A stretch of DNA of 64,000 nt. It comes from Yoonia sp. (GTDB lineage: Bacteria > Pseudomonadota > Alphaproteobacteria > Rhodobacterales > Rhodobacteraceae). This document shows, one piece after another, positions 30,993 to 41,565 of the stretch; position 1 is the stretch's first letter, and every line of letters begins with the position of its first letter. The translations under genes and the position numbers were made by a program. The stretch spans positions 6,327 through 70,326 of the forward strand of contig NZ_DAIPIW010000004.1 of NCBI RefSeq assembly GCF_036770585.1, read 5' to 3'. Under the pieces are notes generated by a model. That model was not told the origin of the DNA and ran no database searches. It saw nothing but the letters and a program-made list of their open reading frames with translations.

Positions 30993-33632
30993 TTACTCTG
31001 CGCCCTTTGCCATCTGCGTCAGCTCATAGATCAGATCCAGCGCCTCGCGCGCGGTCAGCGTGTCGGGGTGGATGTCCTTCAGTCGCGCTTCCACCGCCGA
31101 GGTTTTGGGTCTGGCGGGCGCAGGTGGCGGCGTCGCGGCGAAAAGCGGCAGGTCGTCGATCACCGCCTTGCGCGCGGTGCCGCCTTCACGCTCGCCTTTC
31201 TCCAGCGCTTCCAGCACCACGCGGGCGCGGTCCACGACCACAGGCGGCAGCCCCGCCAGCCGCGCGACCTGCACGCCATAGCTGCGGTCGGCAGTGCCGC
31301 GCTTGACCTCGTGCAGGAAGATCACGTCGCCCTCCCATTCCTTGACCGTGACCGTCGCGTTATCGACCCCCGCCAGTTTGCCCGCCAGCGTCGCCATCTC
31401 GTGGTAATGTGTGGCGAAAAGCGCGCGGCAGCGGTTCACGTCGTGCAAATGCTCCAGCGTCGCCCAAGCGATGGACAGCCCGTCATAGGTCGCCGTGCCG
31501 CGCCCGATTTCATCGAGGATCACCAGCGCACGGTCATCCGCCTGATTGAGGATCGCGGCAGTTTCCACCATTTCCACCATGAAGGTCGACCGCCCGCGCG
31601 CCAGATCATCCGAGGCGCCCACGCGGCTGAAAATCTGGCTGACCACCCCGATATGGGCCGCCTCGGCTGGCACAAAGCTGCCCATCTGCGCAAGGATCGC
31701 CAAAAGCGCATTCTGGCGCAGAAAGGTGGATTTGCCGGCCATGTTCGGACCGGTCAGCAGCCAGATCTGCGTATCGGTCAGGTCGCAGTCATTGGCGACG
31801 AATGGCGCACCTGATTTTTGCAACGCGGCCTCGACCACCGGATGGCGTCCGCCCGTGATCGCAAAGGCGCGGCTGTCGTCCACACGCGGCCGCACCCAGT
31901 TTTCCGTCACGGCAAGATGGGCAAGGGCGGTGGTCAGGTCGATGTCCGCCAAGGCTCGGGCCAGCGCACCAAGCGGGCCCGCATGGGCGATGATCGTCTG
32001 GCGCAGGGTGTCGAAGAGGCGTTTCTCGATCTCCAGCGCGCGGCCACCGGCGTTGAGGATCTTCGTCTCGATCTCGGACAGGTCCACGGTCGTGAACCGC
32101 ACCTGATTGGCGGTGGTCTGGCGGTGGATGAAGGTGTCCGACAAGGGCGGGGCCATCATCTTTTCCGCATGGGTAGCGGTGGTTTCGATGAAGTAACCCA
32201 GCACGTTGTTGTGCTTGATCTTCAGCGATTGCACGCCTGAAAGCTGCACATAGTCCGCCTGCATCCCCGCGATGACCGAACGGCCCTCGTCGCGCAGTTT
32301 GCGCACCTGATCCAGTTCATCGTCATGGCCGGGGGCGATGAACCCGCCATCGCGGGACAACATGGGTGGTTCCGCGACCAGCGCCTGATCCAGCAGGTCC
32401 AGCAGGTCGTCGTGGCCCGTCAGCCCCTTTGCCGCATCGGCCAGCACCTGCGGCAGGCCATCGGGCAGGCCCTGCGCCAGCCCTGCGGCCTGCGCAATCG
32501 TGTTTCTTATCGCGGCCATATCGCGCGGGCCGCCCCGATCCAAAGCCAGCCGTGAAAGCGCGCGGTCGATATCATGCACGCCCTTCAGGGCATCGCGCAT
32601 ATCGGCGGTCAGGCGGGTGTCTTCGGTCAGATAACCGACCGCCGCCTGTCGCGCGCCGATCACATCGACATCGCATGACGGCGAGGACAACCGCCGTTCC
32701 AGCAAACGCGCGCCGCCCGCAGTCACCGTCCGGTCGATGCAATGCAAAAGCGACCCCTGCCGCCCGCCGCCCATGCTGTGGGTCAGTTCCAGCGACCGCC
32801 GTGTCGCGGCGTCGATCTGCATCGCCGCCGATTGCCCTTCGCGCACAGGCGGGCGCAGCAGGGGCAGGTTCCCGCGCTGCGTGATGTCAAGGTATTCGGC
32901 GACGGCGGACATGGCCCCGATCTCGGCCCGCGTGAATGTCCCGAAAGCATCCAGCGACCCGACCTTGTAAAGCGCACAAAGCCGCTTTTCGCCGCTGGTG
33001 CTGTCAAAGGCGGCGGCGCCAAGGGTGGTCAGGGTCGCGCCTGCATCCGCGATCACACCCGCCCACTGGCCTTCGGACCCGTCGATCACGATGACCTCGC
33101 GCGGGGTGATCCGGGCCAGTTCCGGCCCCAGCGCCCCCCCCGCGCAGGGCATCACATGAAACCCCCCGGTCGAGATATCGACCCAGGCCAGCGCGCCCTC
33201 GTCGCGGACCACATGGTAAGCGGCCAGAAAGTTGTGACGGCGGGCATCGAGCAGCGAATCCTCGGTCAGCGTCCCGGGGGTGACCAGCCGCACGACCTCG
33301 CGTTTCACGACGGCCTTGGAGCCACGCTTTTTCGCCTCGGCGGGGCTTTCCATCTGTTCGCAGACCGCCACGCGAAAGCCCTTGCGGATCAGCGTCAGGA
33401 AATACCCCTCGGCGGCATGATAGGGGACACCGCACATCGGGATATCACCGCCATCATGCTTGCCGCGCTTTGTCAGGGCGATATCCAGCGCCTCGGATGC
33501 GGCGACGGCATCGTCAAAGAACATTTCGTAGAAGTCGCCCATGCGATAAAACAAAAGCGCATCGGGGTGCTGCGCCTTGATCTGAAGATATTGCGCCATC
33601 ATCGGCGTGGTGTTGGTGTCGCTGCTCATCAA
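30993..33632 (-). CDS. mutS: DNA mismatch repair protein MutS
   Basis: [40 protein letters not shown]. Confidence 0.97.
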   Translation of the reverse strand: MMSSDTNTTPMMAQYLQIKAQHPDALLFYRMGDFYEMFFDDAVAASEALDIALTKRGKHDGGDIPMCGVPYHAAEGYFLTLIRKGFRVAVCEQMESPAEAKKRGSKAVVKREVVRLVTPGTLTEDSLLDARRHNFLAAYHVVRDEGALAWVDISTGGFHVMPCAGGALGPELARITPREVIVIDGSEGQWAGVIADAGATLTTLGAAAFDSTSGEKRLCALYKVGSLDAFGTFTRAEIGAMSAVAEYLDITQRGNLPLLRPPVREGQSAAMQIDAATRRSLELTHSMGGGRQGSLLHCIDRTVTAGGARLLERRLSSPSCDVDVIGARQAAVGYLTEDTRLTADMRDALKGVHDIDRALSRLALDRGGPRDMAAIRNTIAQAAGLAQGLPDGLPQVLADAAKGLTGHDDLLDLLDQALVAEPPMLSRDGGFIAPGHDDELDQVRKLRDEGRSVIAGMQADYVQLSGVQSLKIKHNNVLGYFIETTATHAEKMMAPPLSDTFIHRQTTANQVRFTTVDLSEIETKILNAGGRALEIEKRLFDTLRQTIIAHAGPLGALARALADIDLTTALAHLAVTENWVRPRVDDSRAFAITGGRHPVVEAALQKSGAPFVANDCDLTDTQIWLLTGPNMAGKSTFLRQNALLAILAQMGSFVPAEAAHIGVVSQIFSRVGASDDLARGRSTFMVEMVETAAILNQADDRALVILDEIGRGTATYDGLSIAWATLEHLHDVNRCRALFATHYHEMATLAGKLAGVDNATVTVKEWEGDVIFLHEVKRGTADRSYGVQVARLAGLPPVVVDRARVVLEALEKGEREGGTARKAVIDDLPLFAATPPPAPARPKTSAVEARLKDIHPDTLTAREALDLIYELTQMAKGAE

Positions 33633-33752
33633 TCCCCCCGGATCGCCCTGCGCACATTACCAGCCCAGCTTGGCCGCGAAACCCCGAAATGAATCCGTTG
33701 CGGGGCCCTGACAGAACCCGTTATGTTCGCCAAACGCCAGAGGGGGAAGCCG

Positions 33753-36008
33753 ATGTCGAAGAACAAACTGACCCGCGAGGATGCGCTGCAATTCCACATG
33801 CGCCCCACGCCCGGCAAATGGGAAATTCAGGCAACGGTCCCGATGACCACGCAGCGCGATCTGTCGCTGGCCTATTCCCCCGGTGTCGCGATCCCTTGCG
33901 AGGAAATCGCCGCCGATCCGGCCACCGCCTATGACTATACAAACAAGGGCAATCTTGTCGCCGTGATCTCGAACGGGACCGCCGTGCTGGGTCTGGGCAA
34001 CCTCGGCGCGCTGGGCAGCAAGCCGGTGATGGAGGGTAAATCCGTCCTCTTCAAACGCTTTGCCGATGTGAATTCCATCGATCTCGAGCTCGACACCGAA
34101 GACCCCGAGGAATTCATCCGCGCCGTGCGCCTGATGGGCCCGACCTTCGGGGGAATCAACCTGGAGGATATCAAGGCGCCCGAGTGTTTCATCATCGAAC
34201 AGACGCTGAAGGAACAGATGGACATCCCCGTGTTCCACGACGACCAGCACGGGACCGCCGTGATCTGTGCCGCGGGTCTGCTGAACGCGCTGCACCTGTC
34301 GGGCAAGAAGATCGACGAGGTGAAGATCGTCCTCAACGGTGCGGGGGCGGCGGGGATCGCCTGCCTCGAACTGCTCAAGTCGATGGGCGCGCGGCACGAC
34401 AACTGCATCATGTGCGACACCAAGGGCGTGATCTATCAGGGCCGCACCGAAGGCATGAACCAGTGGAAGTCCGCCCATGCGGTCAAAACCGACATGCGCA
34501 CGCTGGAAGAGGCGATGAAGGGCTGCGATGTCTTCCTTGGCGTCAGCGTCAAGGGCGCGGTCACGCGCCAGATGGTCGCCGACATGGCCCCCAACCCCGT
34601 GATCTTCGCCATGGCCAACCCCGACCCCGAGATCACCCCCGAAGACGCCCATGCCGTGCGCGAGGACGCCATCGTCGCCACAGGCCGCAGCGACTACCCC
34701 AATCAAGTAAACAACGTGCTGGGCTTTCCCTACCTCTTCCGTGGTGCGCTCGACATCCACGCGCGCGCCATCAACGACGAGATGAAGATCGCCTGCGCCG
34801 AGGCGCTCGCCGCCCTCGCCCGCGAGGATGTCCCCGACGAGGTCGCCATGGCCTATGGCAAGAAACTGACCTTCGGACGCGATTACATCATCCCGACGCC
34901 TTTCGACCCGCGCCTGATCCACCGCATCCCGCCCGCCGTGGCGAAGGCGGGCATGAAAACCGGCGTCGCGCGGCGGCCCATCGTGGATATGGACGCCTAC
35001 GAGCTGTCGCTGAAAACCCGCATGGACCCGACCCAATCGATCCTGCGCAGCCTCAATGCCCGCGCCCGCGCCAACCAGTCCACCGTGGTCTTCGCCGAAG
35101 GCGATGACCCGCGCGTGCTGCGTGCCGCCGTGCAATACCAGCGCGCCGGCATGGGCAAGGCGCTGGTCGTCGGGCGCGACGACGACGTGCGCGAGAAGCT
35201 GACCGCCGAAGGCATGCCCGAGGCCTTCGACGAGCTTCACATCGTCAACGCCGCCAATACCGACCACCTCGAAACCTACAAGGCCTTCCTCTATCAACGC
35301 TTGCAGCGCAAGGGTGTCGACATGCAGGACGTCCACCGCCTTGCCGCCCGCGACCGCCATGTCTTTGCCGCCCTGATGCTGGCGCATGGTCACGCGGACG
35401 GGATGGTGACAGGGGCCACACGCAAGTCCGCGCATATCCTTCAGCTGATCAACCACGTCTTCGACGCCCAGCCCCATGACGGGGCGGTCGGTGTCACCGC
35501 GGTGCTGCACAAGGGCCGCATCGTCCTGATCACCGATACGCTGGTGCATGAATGGCCCGACGAGAACGACCTTGCCGATATCGCCGAGCGTGGCGCCGCC
35601 GTCGCGCGCGAGTTGGGGCTGGAACCGCGCGTGGCGTTCCTGTCGTTCTCGACCTTCGGCTATCCGGTGTCGGAACGGGCCGAAAAGATGCACCGCGCGC
35701 CACAGGTCCTGGACGCGCGCAAGGCCGACTTCGAATACGAGGGCGAGATGACGGTGGACGTCGCCCTCAACCCCCGCGCGCAGGAAAACTACCCCTTCCA
35801 GCGCCTGACCGGTCCCGCCAACGTGCTGGTCGTGCCGGCACGGCACTCGGCCTCGATCTCGGTCAAGCTGATGCAGGAAATGGCGGGGGCGACGGTGATC
35901 GGCCCGATCCTTTCAGGGATAGGCAAGCCGATCCAGATCTGCTCGACCGTCTCGACGGTGAACGACATCCTCAACATGGCGGTGATCGCCGCCTGCAAGG
36001 TGGAATGA
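33753..36008 (+). CDS. maeB: NADP-dependent malic enzyme (with PTA-like domain)
   Basis: LSLAYSPGVA, NGTAVLGLG, FHDDQHGT, TGRSDYPNQVNN. Confidence 0.95.
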   Translation: MSKNKLTREDALQFHMRPTPGKWEIQATVPMTTQRDLSLAYSPGVAIPCEEIAADPATAYDYTNKGNLVAVISNGTAVLGLGNLGALGSKPVMEGKSVLFKRFADVNSIDLELDTEDPEEFIRAVRLMGPTFGGINLEDIKAPECFIIEQTLKEQMDIPVFHDDQHGTAVICAAGLLNALHLSGKKIDEVKIVLNGAGAAGIACLELLKSMGARHDNCIMCDTKGVIYQGRTEGMNQWKSAHAVKTDMRTLEEAMKGCDVFLGVSVKGAVTRQMVADMAPNPVIFAMANPDPEITPEDAHAVREDAIVATGRSDYPNQVNNVLGFPYLFRGALDIHARAINDEMKIACAEALAALAREDVPDEVAMAYGKKLTFGRDYIIPTPFDPRLIHRIPPAVAKAGMKTGVARRPIVDMDAYELSLKTRMDPTQSILRSLNARARANQSTVVFAEGDDPRVLRAAVQYQRAGMGKALVVGRDDDVREKLTAEGMPEAFDELHIVNAANTDHLETYKAFLYQRLQRKGVDMQDVHRLAARDRHVFAALMLAHGHADGMVTGATRKSAHILQLINHVFDAQPHDGAVGVTAVLHKGRIVLITDTLVHEWPDENDLADIAERGAAVARELGLEPRVAFLSFSTFGYPVSERAEKMHRAPQVLDARKADFEYEGEMTVDVALNPRAQENYPFQRLTGPANVLVVPARHSASISVKLMQEMAGATVIGPILSGIGKPIQICSTVSTVNDILNMAVIAACKVE

Positions 36009-36874
36009 TGGCGATCTGGAACCTTGGCTCGATCAATGCCGATTTCGTCTATGCCGTGCCGCATATCCCCACCCCGGGCGAAACCCTCGCCGCGACCGGC
36101 CGGCAGATGTTTCTGGGCGGCAAGGGGGCCAATATGTCGGTCGCTGCCGCCCGCGCCGCCGCCCGCGTGAACCACATCGGCGCGGTGGGCGAGGACGGGC
36201 GCTGGGCCCTCGACCGGCTGCTGGAATACGGCGTCGACACGCGCAACATCACCGTGATCGGCACCGAGACCGCGCAGGCCATCATCATGGTCGACCCAAA
36301 GGGCGAGAACAGCATCATCCTGCACCCCGGCGCCAATGCCGAGATCCCGCAAACCACCCTGCAAGCCGCCCTGTCCGAGGCGCAGACCGGCGACTGGCTG
36401 GTGATCCAGAACGAAACCAACCTGCAACGCACCGCCGCGCGGCTCGGCAAGAAGCTGGGGCTCAAGATCGCCTATGCCGCCGCCCCCTTCGATGCGGACC
36501 GCGTGCAGGCGGTGCTGCCCCACCTCGATTTCCTGATCCTGAACGCGGTCGAGGCGGCGCAATTGCAGGCTATCACCGGCCAGTCCCCCGCCGATCTGCC
36601 GGTCCGTGACGTGATCGTCACGCGAGGGGCCGAAGGGGCCGACTGGTTCGGCCGCGACGGCGAACAGCACTTCCCCGCCATCAAGGTCACCCCCGTCGAC
36701 ACCACCGGCGCGGGTGATACCTTCACCGGCTACGTCCTCGCCGGTCTCGACCGCGGTCTGCCCATGGCGCAGGCCATCGCACAAGCGACCCGCGCGGCCG
36801 CGCTGATGGTCACCCGGCACGGCACCGCAGACGTGATCCCCGACCTGTCCGAGGTGCAGGCGTTTCAGCCCTGA
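36005..36874 (+). CDS. rbsK: Ribokinase (PfkB family)
   Basis: GSINAD, GGKGAN, QNE, DTTGAGDTF. Confidence 0.88.
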   Translation: MMAIWNLGSINADFVYAVPHIPTPGETLAATGRQMFLGGKGANMSVAAARAAARVNHIGAVGEDGRWALDRLLEYGVDTRNITVIGTETAQAIIMVDPKGENSIILHPGANAEIPQTTLQAALSEAQTGDWLVIQNETNLQRTAARLGKKLGLKIAYAAAPFDADRVQAVLPHLDFLILNAVEAAQLQAITGQSPADLPVRDVIVTRGAEGADWFGRDGEQHFPAIKVTPVDTTGAGDTFTGYVLAGLDRGLPMAQAIAQATRAAALMVTRHGTADVIPDLSEVQAFQP

Positions 36875-36877
36875 CCC

Positions 36878-36936
36878 CATTATTGGCCCAAAAATATCCT
36901 GGGGGGATCGCCGCAGGCGATGGGGGCAACGCCCCC
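36878..36936. repeat. REP-like double-hairpin intergenic repeat, copy 1
   Basis: CATTATTGGCCCAAAAATATCC, G-run, ATCGCC-gca-GGCGAT, GGGGGC-aac-GCCCCC. Confidence 0.85.
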
Positions 36937-36993
36937 ACCTTGCAACGCCCCTGACTTTCTGCGTCACTTGCAGCACAGAACAAGGACCGCGCC

Positions 36994-37893
36994 ATGACCG
37001 ATGTCACCACCCATCAGGCCGAAGAAGACGCCCGCAACGACACCATCCTGATCTACATCGACGGCAGGATCGTCCCCAAACGCGAGGCCACGGTCAGCGT
37101 CTATGACAGCGGCTTCATGCTGGGCGACGGCGTCTGGGAAGGGCTGCGGCTTTATGACGGGAAATGGGCCTTCCTCGACGATCACATGGACCGCCTGTTC
37201 GAAGCCGCCAAGGCCATCGATCTCGACATCGGGCTGGACCGAGCGGGCGTGATCAAGGCGCTGGAAGACACCCGCGCCGCCAACGGCATGACCACCGATG
37301 CCCATGCGCGGCTGATGGTGACGCGCGGCGTGAAGGTGCGGCCCTTCCAGCACCCCAGCCTGTCGCAATCGGGTCCGACCATGGTGATCATCATGGAACA
37401 CTCGAAACCCAGGATCCCGCGCCCGATCACGCTGGCCACCGTCCCGCACCAGCGCGGCTTGCCGATGACGCAGGACCCCAAACTCAACAGCCACTCGAAA
37501 CTGAACTGTATCCTCGCCTGTATCGCCGCCGTGAAGGCCGGCGCGGACGAGGCGCTGATGCTCGACGTGCATGGCTTCGTGAACACCACCAACGCCTGCA
37601 ACTTCTTCATCGTGAAGAGGGGCGAGGTCTGGACCAGCACCGGCGACTACTGCATGAACGGGATCACCCGGGCCAAGGTCATCGACCTCTGCCGCGCCAA
37701 CGGTATCCCCGTGCATGAACGCAACTACTCGCTGGTCGATACCTATTCGGCGGACGAGGCCTTCCTGACCGGCACCTTCGGCGCTCAGACCCCCGTCAGC
37801 CATATCGACGGGCGACAGATCGGGACGGGCGACCTCGGCCCCGTGACGGCACGGCTGCGGGAGCTTTACAAGGAACTGGTGAGCCGATCATGA
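36994..37893 (+). CDS. Class IV (D-amino acid/branched-chain type) aminotransferase
   Basis: DSGFMLGDGVWEG, HMDRL, GADEALML, GITR, ADEAFLTGT. Confidence 0.88.
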   Translation: MTDVTTHQAEEDARNDTILIYIDGRIVPKREATVSVYDSGFMLGDGVWEGLRLYDGKWAFLDDHMDRLFEAAKAIDLDIGLDRAGVIKALEDTRAANGMTTDAHARLMVTRGVKVRPFQHPSLSQSGPTMVIIMEHSKPRIPRPITLATVPHQRGLPMTQDPKLNSHSKLNCILACIAAVKAGADEALMLDVHGFVNTTNACNFFIVKRGEVWTSTGDYCMNGITRAKVIDLCRANGIPVHERNYSLVDTYSADEAFLTGTFGAQTPVSHIDGRQIGTGDLGPVTARLRELYKELVSRS

Positions 37894-37945
37894 CCCGACA
37901 AGTCTCCCGACGTTTTGCAGACGTTTTGCCGACGCGATGCTGCCC

Positions 37946-38644
37946 ATGAAAATCGCCATGTGGTCCGGCCCGCGGAACCTCTCGACCGCGATGATGTATG
38001 CCTTCGGCAACCGCCCCGATTGCGCGATCTGGGACGAGCCGTTCTACGCCCCCTATCTTGCCACCACAGGCGCGGATCACCCGATGCGCGACGCCATTCT
38101 GGCCACACATGAGACGGATGTCGCAAAGGTCGCCGCCCGCTGTGCAGGGCCCATCCCCGATGGCAAAAAACACTTTTACATGAAGCACATGCCGCATCAC
38201 ATGCTGCCCCATTTCCCGCTCGACTGGGCGGGTGATTGCGTCAACATCCACCTGATCCGCCACCCCGCCCGCGTGATCGCCAGCTATGGTGCCAAGCGGG
38301 ACGAGATGACGCTGAAGGACATCGGCTACCCCCAGCAGACCGCTCTTTACGACAGGATCGGCGGCACGGTCATCGACAGCGCCGACATCCGCGCCGATCC
38401 GGCAGGCATGCTGCAAAAGCTTTGCAAGACCATAGGGTTGGACTTCGACCCCGCGATGCTGTCGTGGCCTGCCGGCCCGCGCAAGGACGACGGCATCTGG
38501 GCCGCGCATTGGTATAACGCCGTGCACCAAAGCACCGGTTTCGCCGGCGCCGAAGGGCCCTTGCCCGATCTGGATGCCGCGCAGCAAGACCTGTGCCGAA
38601 TGGCCATGCCACACTACGAAAAACTGGCAGCCCTCAAACTCTAG
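37946..38644 (+). CDS. Sulfotransferase-like P-loop protein
   Basis: WSGPRNLSTAMMYAF, DEPFY, KHMPHH, LIRHP. Confidence 0.75.
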   Translation: MKIAMWSGPRNLSTAMMYAFGNRPDCAIWDEPFYAPYLATTGADHPMRDAILATHETDVAKVAARCAGPIPDGKKHFYMKHMPHHMLPHFPLDWAGDCVNIHLIRHPARVIASYGAKRDEMTLKDIGYPQQTALYDRIGGTVIDSADIRADPAGMLQKLCKTIGLDFDPAMLSWPAGPRKDDGIWAAHWYNAVHQSTGFAGAEGPLPDLDAAQQDLCRMAMPHYEKLAALKL

Positions 38645-38652
38645 GCCATTGT

Positions 38653-38711
38653 CATTATTGGCCCAAAAATATCCCGGGGGGGCTGCCGCAGGCAGCGGGG
38701 GCAGCGCCCCC
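38653..38711. repeat. REP-like double-hairpin intergenic repeat, copy 2
   Basis: Same element with GCTGCC-gca-GGCAGC and GGGGGC-agc-GCCCCC; abuts argG stop. Confidence 0.85.
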
Positions 38712-39926
38712 TCAGCCCCTGCGGTTGCGCGCTGCCAGCAGTTTCAGGCGCAGCGCGTTCAACTGGATGAAGCCTTGTGCATCCTTCTGGTCATAGGCGC
38801 CCATGTCTTCCTCGAAGGTCACATGCGCCTCGGAATAAAGCGACTTTTCCGACCAGCGGGCGACCGTATTTACCGAGCCTTTATAAAGCTTTACGCGCAC
38901 GGTGCCGCTGACGTGCTCTTGTGACTTGTCGATCAGCGCCTGCAACATCTCGCGCTCGGGGCTGAACCAGAAACCGTTGTAGATCAGTTCGGCATAGCGC
39001 GGCATGATGCTGTCTTTCAGGTGACCCGCACCGCTATCCAGCGTGATCTGTTCGATCCCGCGATGGGCCTCGAGCAGAACGGTGCCGCCGGGGGTTTCGT
39101 AGATGCCGCGCGATTTCATGCCGACAAAGCGGTTCTCGACCAGATCGAGACGGCCGACACCATGCTTGCCGCCCAGCGCGTTCAGTTCGGTCAGGATCGT
39201 CGCGGGCGACATCGCCTCGCCGTTGATCGCGACAGCATCACCGCGCGCGAAGGTGATCTCGACCATTTCCGCCTGATCAGGCGCATCCTCGGGCGCCACG
39301 GTGCGCTGGTAGACATAGTCCGGCGCTTCCTGTGCGGGGTCCTCCAGCACCTTGCCCTCGGATGAGGTATGCAACAGGTTCGCATCCACGCTGAAGGGCG
39401 CATCGCCGCGCTTGTCCTTGGCGACGGGAATCTGGTTCGCTTCGGCGAATTCGATCAGTTTGGTGCGGCTGGTCAGGTCCCATTCGCGCCACGGGGCGAT
39501 GACCTTGATCTCGGGGTTCAGCGCATAGGCCGCCAGTTCGAACCGCACCTGATCGTTGCCCTTGCCGGTGGCACCATGGGCCACGGCGTCAGCGCCTTCG
39601 GCGGCGGCGATCTCGACCAGACGCTTCGAGATCAGGGGCCGCGCGATGGATGTGCCCAAGAGATACAGCCCTTCATAAAGAGCATTGGCGCGGAACATCG
39701 GGAAGACGAAATCGCGCACGAATTCCTCGCGCAGGTCCTCGATATAGACGGCGGATGCGCCCATCATCTCGGCCTTCTTGCGCGCGGGCTCCAGTTCCTC
39801 GCCCTGTCCCAGATCGGCGGTAAAGGTCACGACCTCGCAACCGTATTCGGTCTGCAGCCACTTGAGGATGATCGAGGTATCAAGGCCACCCGAGTAGGCC
39901 AGAACAACTTTCTTCGGAGCAGTCAT
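38712..39926 (-). CDS. argG: Argininosuccinate synthase
   Basis: [34 protein letters not shown]. Confidence 0.98.
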   Translation of the reverse strand: MTAPKKVVLAYSGGLDTSIILKWLQTEYGCEVVTFTADLGQGEELEPARKKAEMMGASAVYIEDLREEFVRDFVFPMFRANALYEGLYLLGTSIARPLISKRLVEIAAAEGADAVAHGATGKGNDQVRFELAAYALNPEIKVIAPWREWDLTSRTKLIEFAEANQIPVAKDKRGDAPFSVDANLLHTSSEGKVLEDPAQEAPDYVYQRTVAPEDAPDQAEMVEITFARGDAVAINGEAMSPATILTELNALGGKHGVGRLDLVENRFVGMKSRGIYETPGGTVLLEAHRGIEQITLDSGAGHLKDSIMPRYAELIYNGFWFSPEREMLQALIDKSQEHVSGTVRVKLYKGSVNTVARWSEKSLYSEAHVTFEEDMGAYDQKDAQGFIQLNALRLKLLAARNRRG

Positions 39927-40026
39927 GCGGATCATGCCTTTGCGTCATAGGTTTGCGATGGCGCGATAGCGGTTTTCACACGCAGGGGCAAGGCGGCGAT
40001 GGCCGCCGCCCCATTCGGATCTGTGG

Positions 40027-41478
40027 CTACATCAGCGAAGGGTCTATCACGATCATGTCCTCCGGCTTGGGCAGGTCCGGATCCCGCCCGTTGTCCACGA
40101 CGCCCCAAACGTGTCGTTCCAGTGAAAGCACCCAAGGGTCGGGTGACAGATAGGCCAGCGGTGCCTTTGTCAGGTCCACCGTAGGGTCGACGAAAGGCTG
40201 CGCCGGGCGCCCGTTCAGCGATTTCAGGATGTCGGCACGGACCGCGACATCTTCGTAGCCCGCTTCGCGCCAGACCGTTTCGAGGTAGCCTGCGAACTGG
40301 TGGACCATGTCGGAGCGCACCAGCATCTTCCCGGCCTGCCGTTTCGTCAGGTAGTCGGTCGGATCGACGATCCACTCTTCGCCGTTCGCGCTGACAATGA
40401 AATGTCCCTCGGCCTTCCGGTCGTAAATGCGCATCCGCCACGAGAAACGGTGGCCATCGCCGCTCCAGCGCACTTCGGTCGGGAAGGCGCCGGCACGCAG
40501 CGGCAAGGCGACCTGCACGCCGACCCAGCCGACAATCGCGGCGAGCGCCAGAGCCGAGATCGGACGGGCCTGCGGCCGGGCGGGCGGGTTGTAGGCCGGC
40601 AGGTCCTCGAAGCGGCCAAGCAGCCAGCGCGCGACGCGTCGCGGCCAGTCCGGCGCGAAGAAGATCGTCGTGGCGGCAATGGTCATCCACGGGAAGATGC
40701 CGATGTTGAAGAAGACCGCGTTCATCGAGTGAAAGAAGCAATAGACAAGGAACGTGACAAGCCGCGTCTTCTTCCAAAGCAGAAGCGGCGCGCCCAGCAC
40801 GTGCAACGCCACTGTCCCCCATGCGCCCGCAAGGATCACCCAGTCATAGTGGAACATGAACCCGAAGAAGAAATCGTTCGACTGCGCCCTGAGCCAAAGC
40901 CCGAGGGGCTCGCCTGCCAGCCAGTCGGGCGTCAGCTTGACGATACCCGCGAAGATCAGCATGATTTCCATCTGCATGCGCAGGATGAAGACCGAGGCAT
41001 AGGGCACATGATCGCCCCTGACCTGCGGGAAAAGCCGCGCGTCGAGCGACAACTGCCGGTGCGCGGGCAGAAAGCACATCAGGATCAGGAAGAGAATGAC
41101 GAGGTAGAAGTGGTTGAGATACTCTGCCTTGTCGAGAAGGAAGAAGTAACTGAAAGTGACCGTCAGAACGACGATGGAGACCCGGTAGAAAAGACCCAGC
41201 ATGACGAAGAATGCCGAAATCCCCACAAGAAGCCACGCAAGGTGGATCCAGGGATCGGGAAGCGGCGTCACCCAGCCGAACCCCGAGTAGGTGAAGTTGA
41301 ACTCGGGCTGCACCCAGTAGCGGTAGACCCGGTCATACTTGATGAAGCGCCAGCAATCCCAGACCAGAAGCGCCCCAAGTGCGATCCGAAACGCTGCAAG
41401 TGAAAGACCGGACACCGGCGTAGAGAGTGCCGCGATCGATCTTTCACGCAAATTTTCTGCCGTATATGCCCGAGACAT
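40027..41478 (-). CDS. HTTM-domain protein; vitamin K-dependent gamma-carboxylase (GGCX) homolog
   Basis: Colinear with recalled vertebrate GGCX motifs: MLGLFYR, LLDKAEYLNHFYL, AGIVKLTPDW, FHSMN..F.IGIFP, PDWPR, FSWRM, SLNGRPAQPFVDPTVDL; AAGGAG RBS. Confidence 0.9.
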   Translation of the reverse strand: MSRAYTAENLRERSIAALSTPVSGLSLAAFRIALGALLVWDCWRFIKYDRVYRYWVQPEFNFTYSGFGWVTPLPDPWIHLAWLLVGISAFFVMLGLFYRVSIVVLTVTFSYFFLLDKAEYLNHFYLVILFLILMCFLPAHRQLSLDARLFPQVRGDHVPYASVFILRMQMEIMLIFAGIVKLTPDWLAGEPLGLWLRAQSNDFFFGFMFHYDWVILAGAWGTVALHVLGAPLLLWKKTRLVTFLVYCFFHSMNAVFFNIGIFPWMTIAATTIFFAPDWPRRVARWLLGRFEDLPAYNPPARPQARPISALALAAIVGWVGVQVALPLRAGAFPTEVRWSGDGHRFSWRMRIYDRKAEGHFIVSANGEEWIVDPTDYLTKRQAGKMLVRSDMVHQFAGYLETVWREAGYEDVAVRADILKSLNGRPAQPFVDPTVDLTKAPLAYLSPDPWVLSLERHVWGVVDNGRDPDLPKPEDMIVIDPSLM

Positions 41479-41505
41479 AATTCTCTCCTTTCACGCGTTG
41501 TCTAT

Positions 41506-41535
41506 GGAATAACGGAACGGGTTGGCCGTTATTCC
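41506..41535. promoter_or_regulatory. Palindromic bidirectional ECF-type promoter
   Basis: GGAATAACGG-N10-CCGTTATTCC reads GGAAT-N16-CGTT on both strands. Confidence 0.75.
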
Positions 41536-41565
41536 CGACAGATGAAAAAAAATCGGAGAAGCGCT

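Noticed and set aside
33657..35846. 729-aa antisense ORF (likewise 46562-48730, 56568-58586, 19371-20876, 11317-12879, 4697-6043)
   Set aside because: Antisense to well-supported genes, expected at high GC3, with no recognisable motifs.
35552..36004. N-terminal extensions in the ORF track (rbsK 35552, cca 52089, parA 24919, rph 29346, S8 44296, 62768 ORF)
   Set aside because: Longest-ORF artefacts overlapping neighbouring genes; family motifs and RBS positions indicate later starts.
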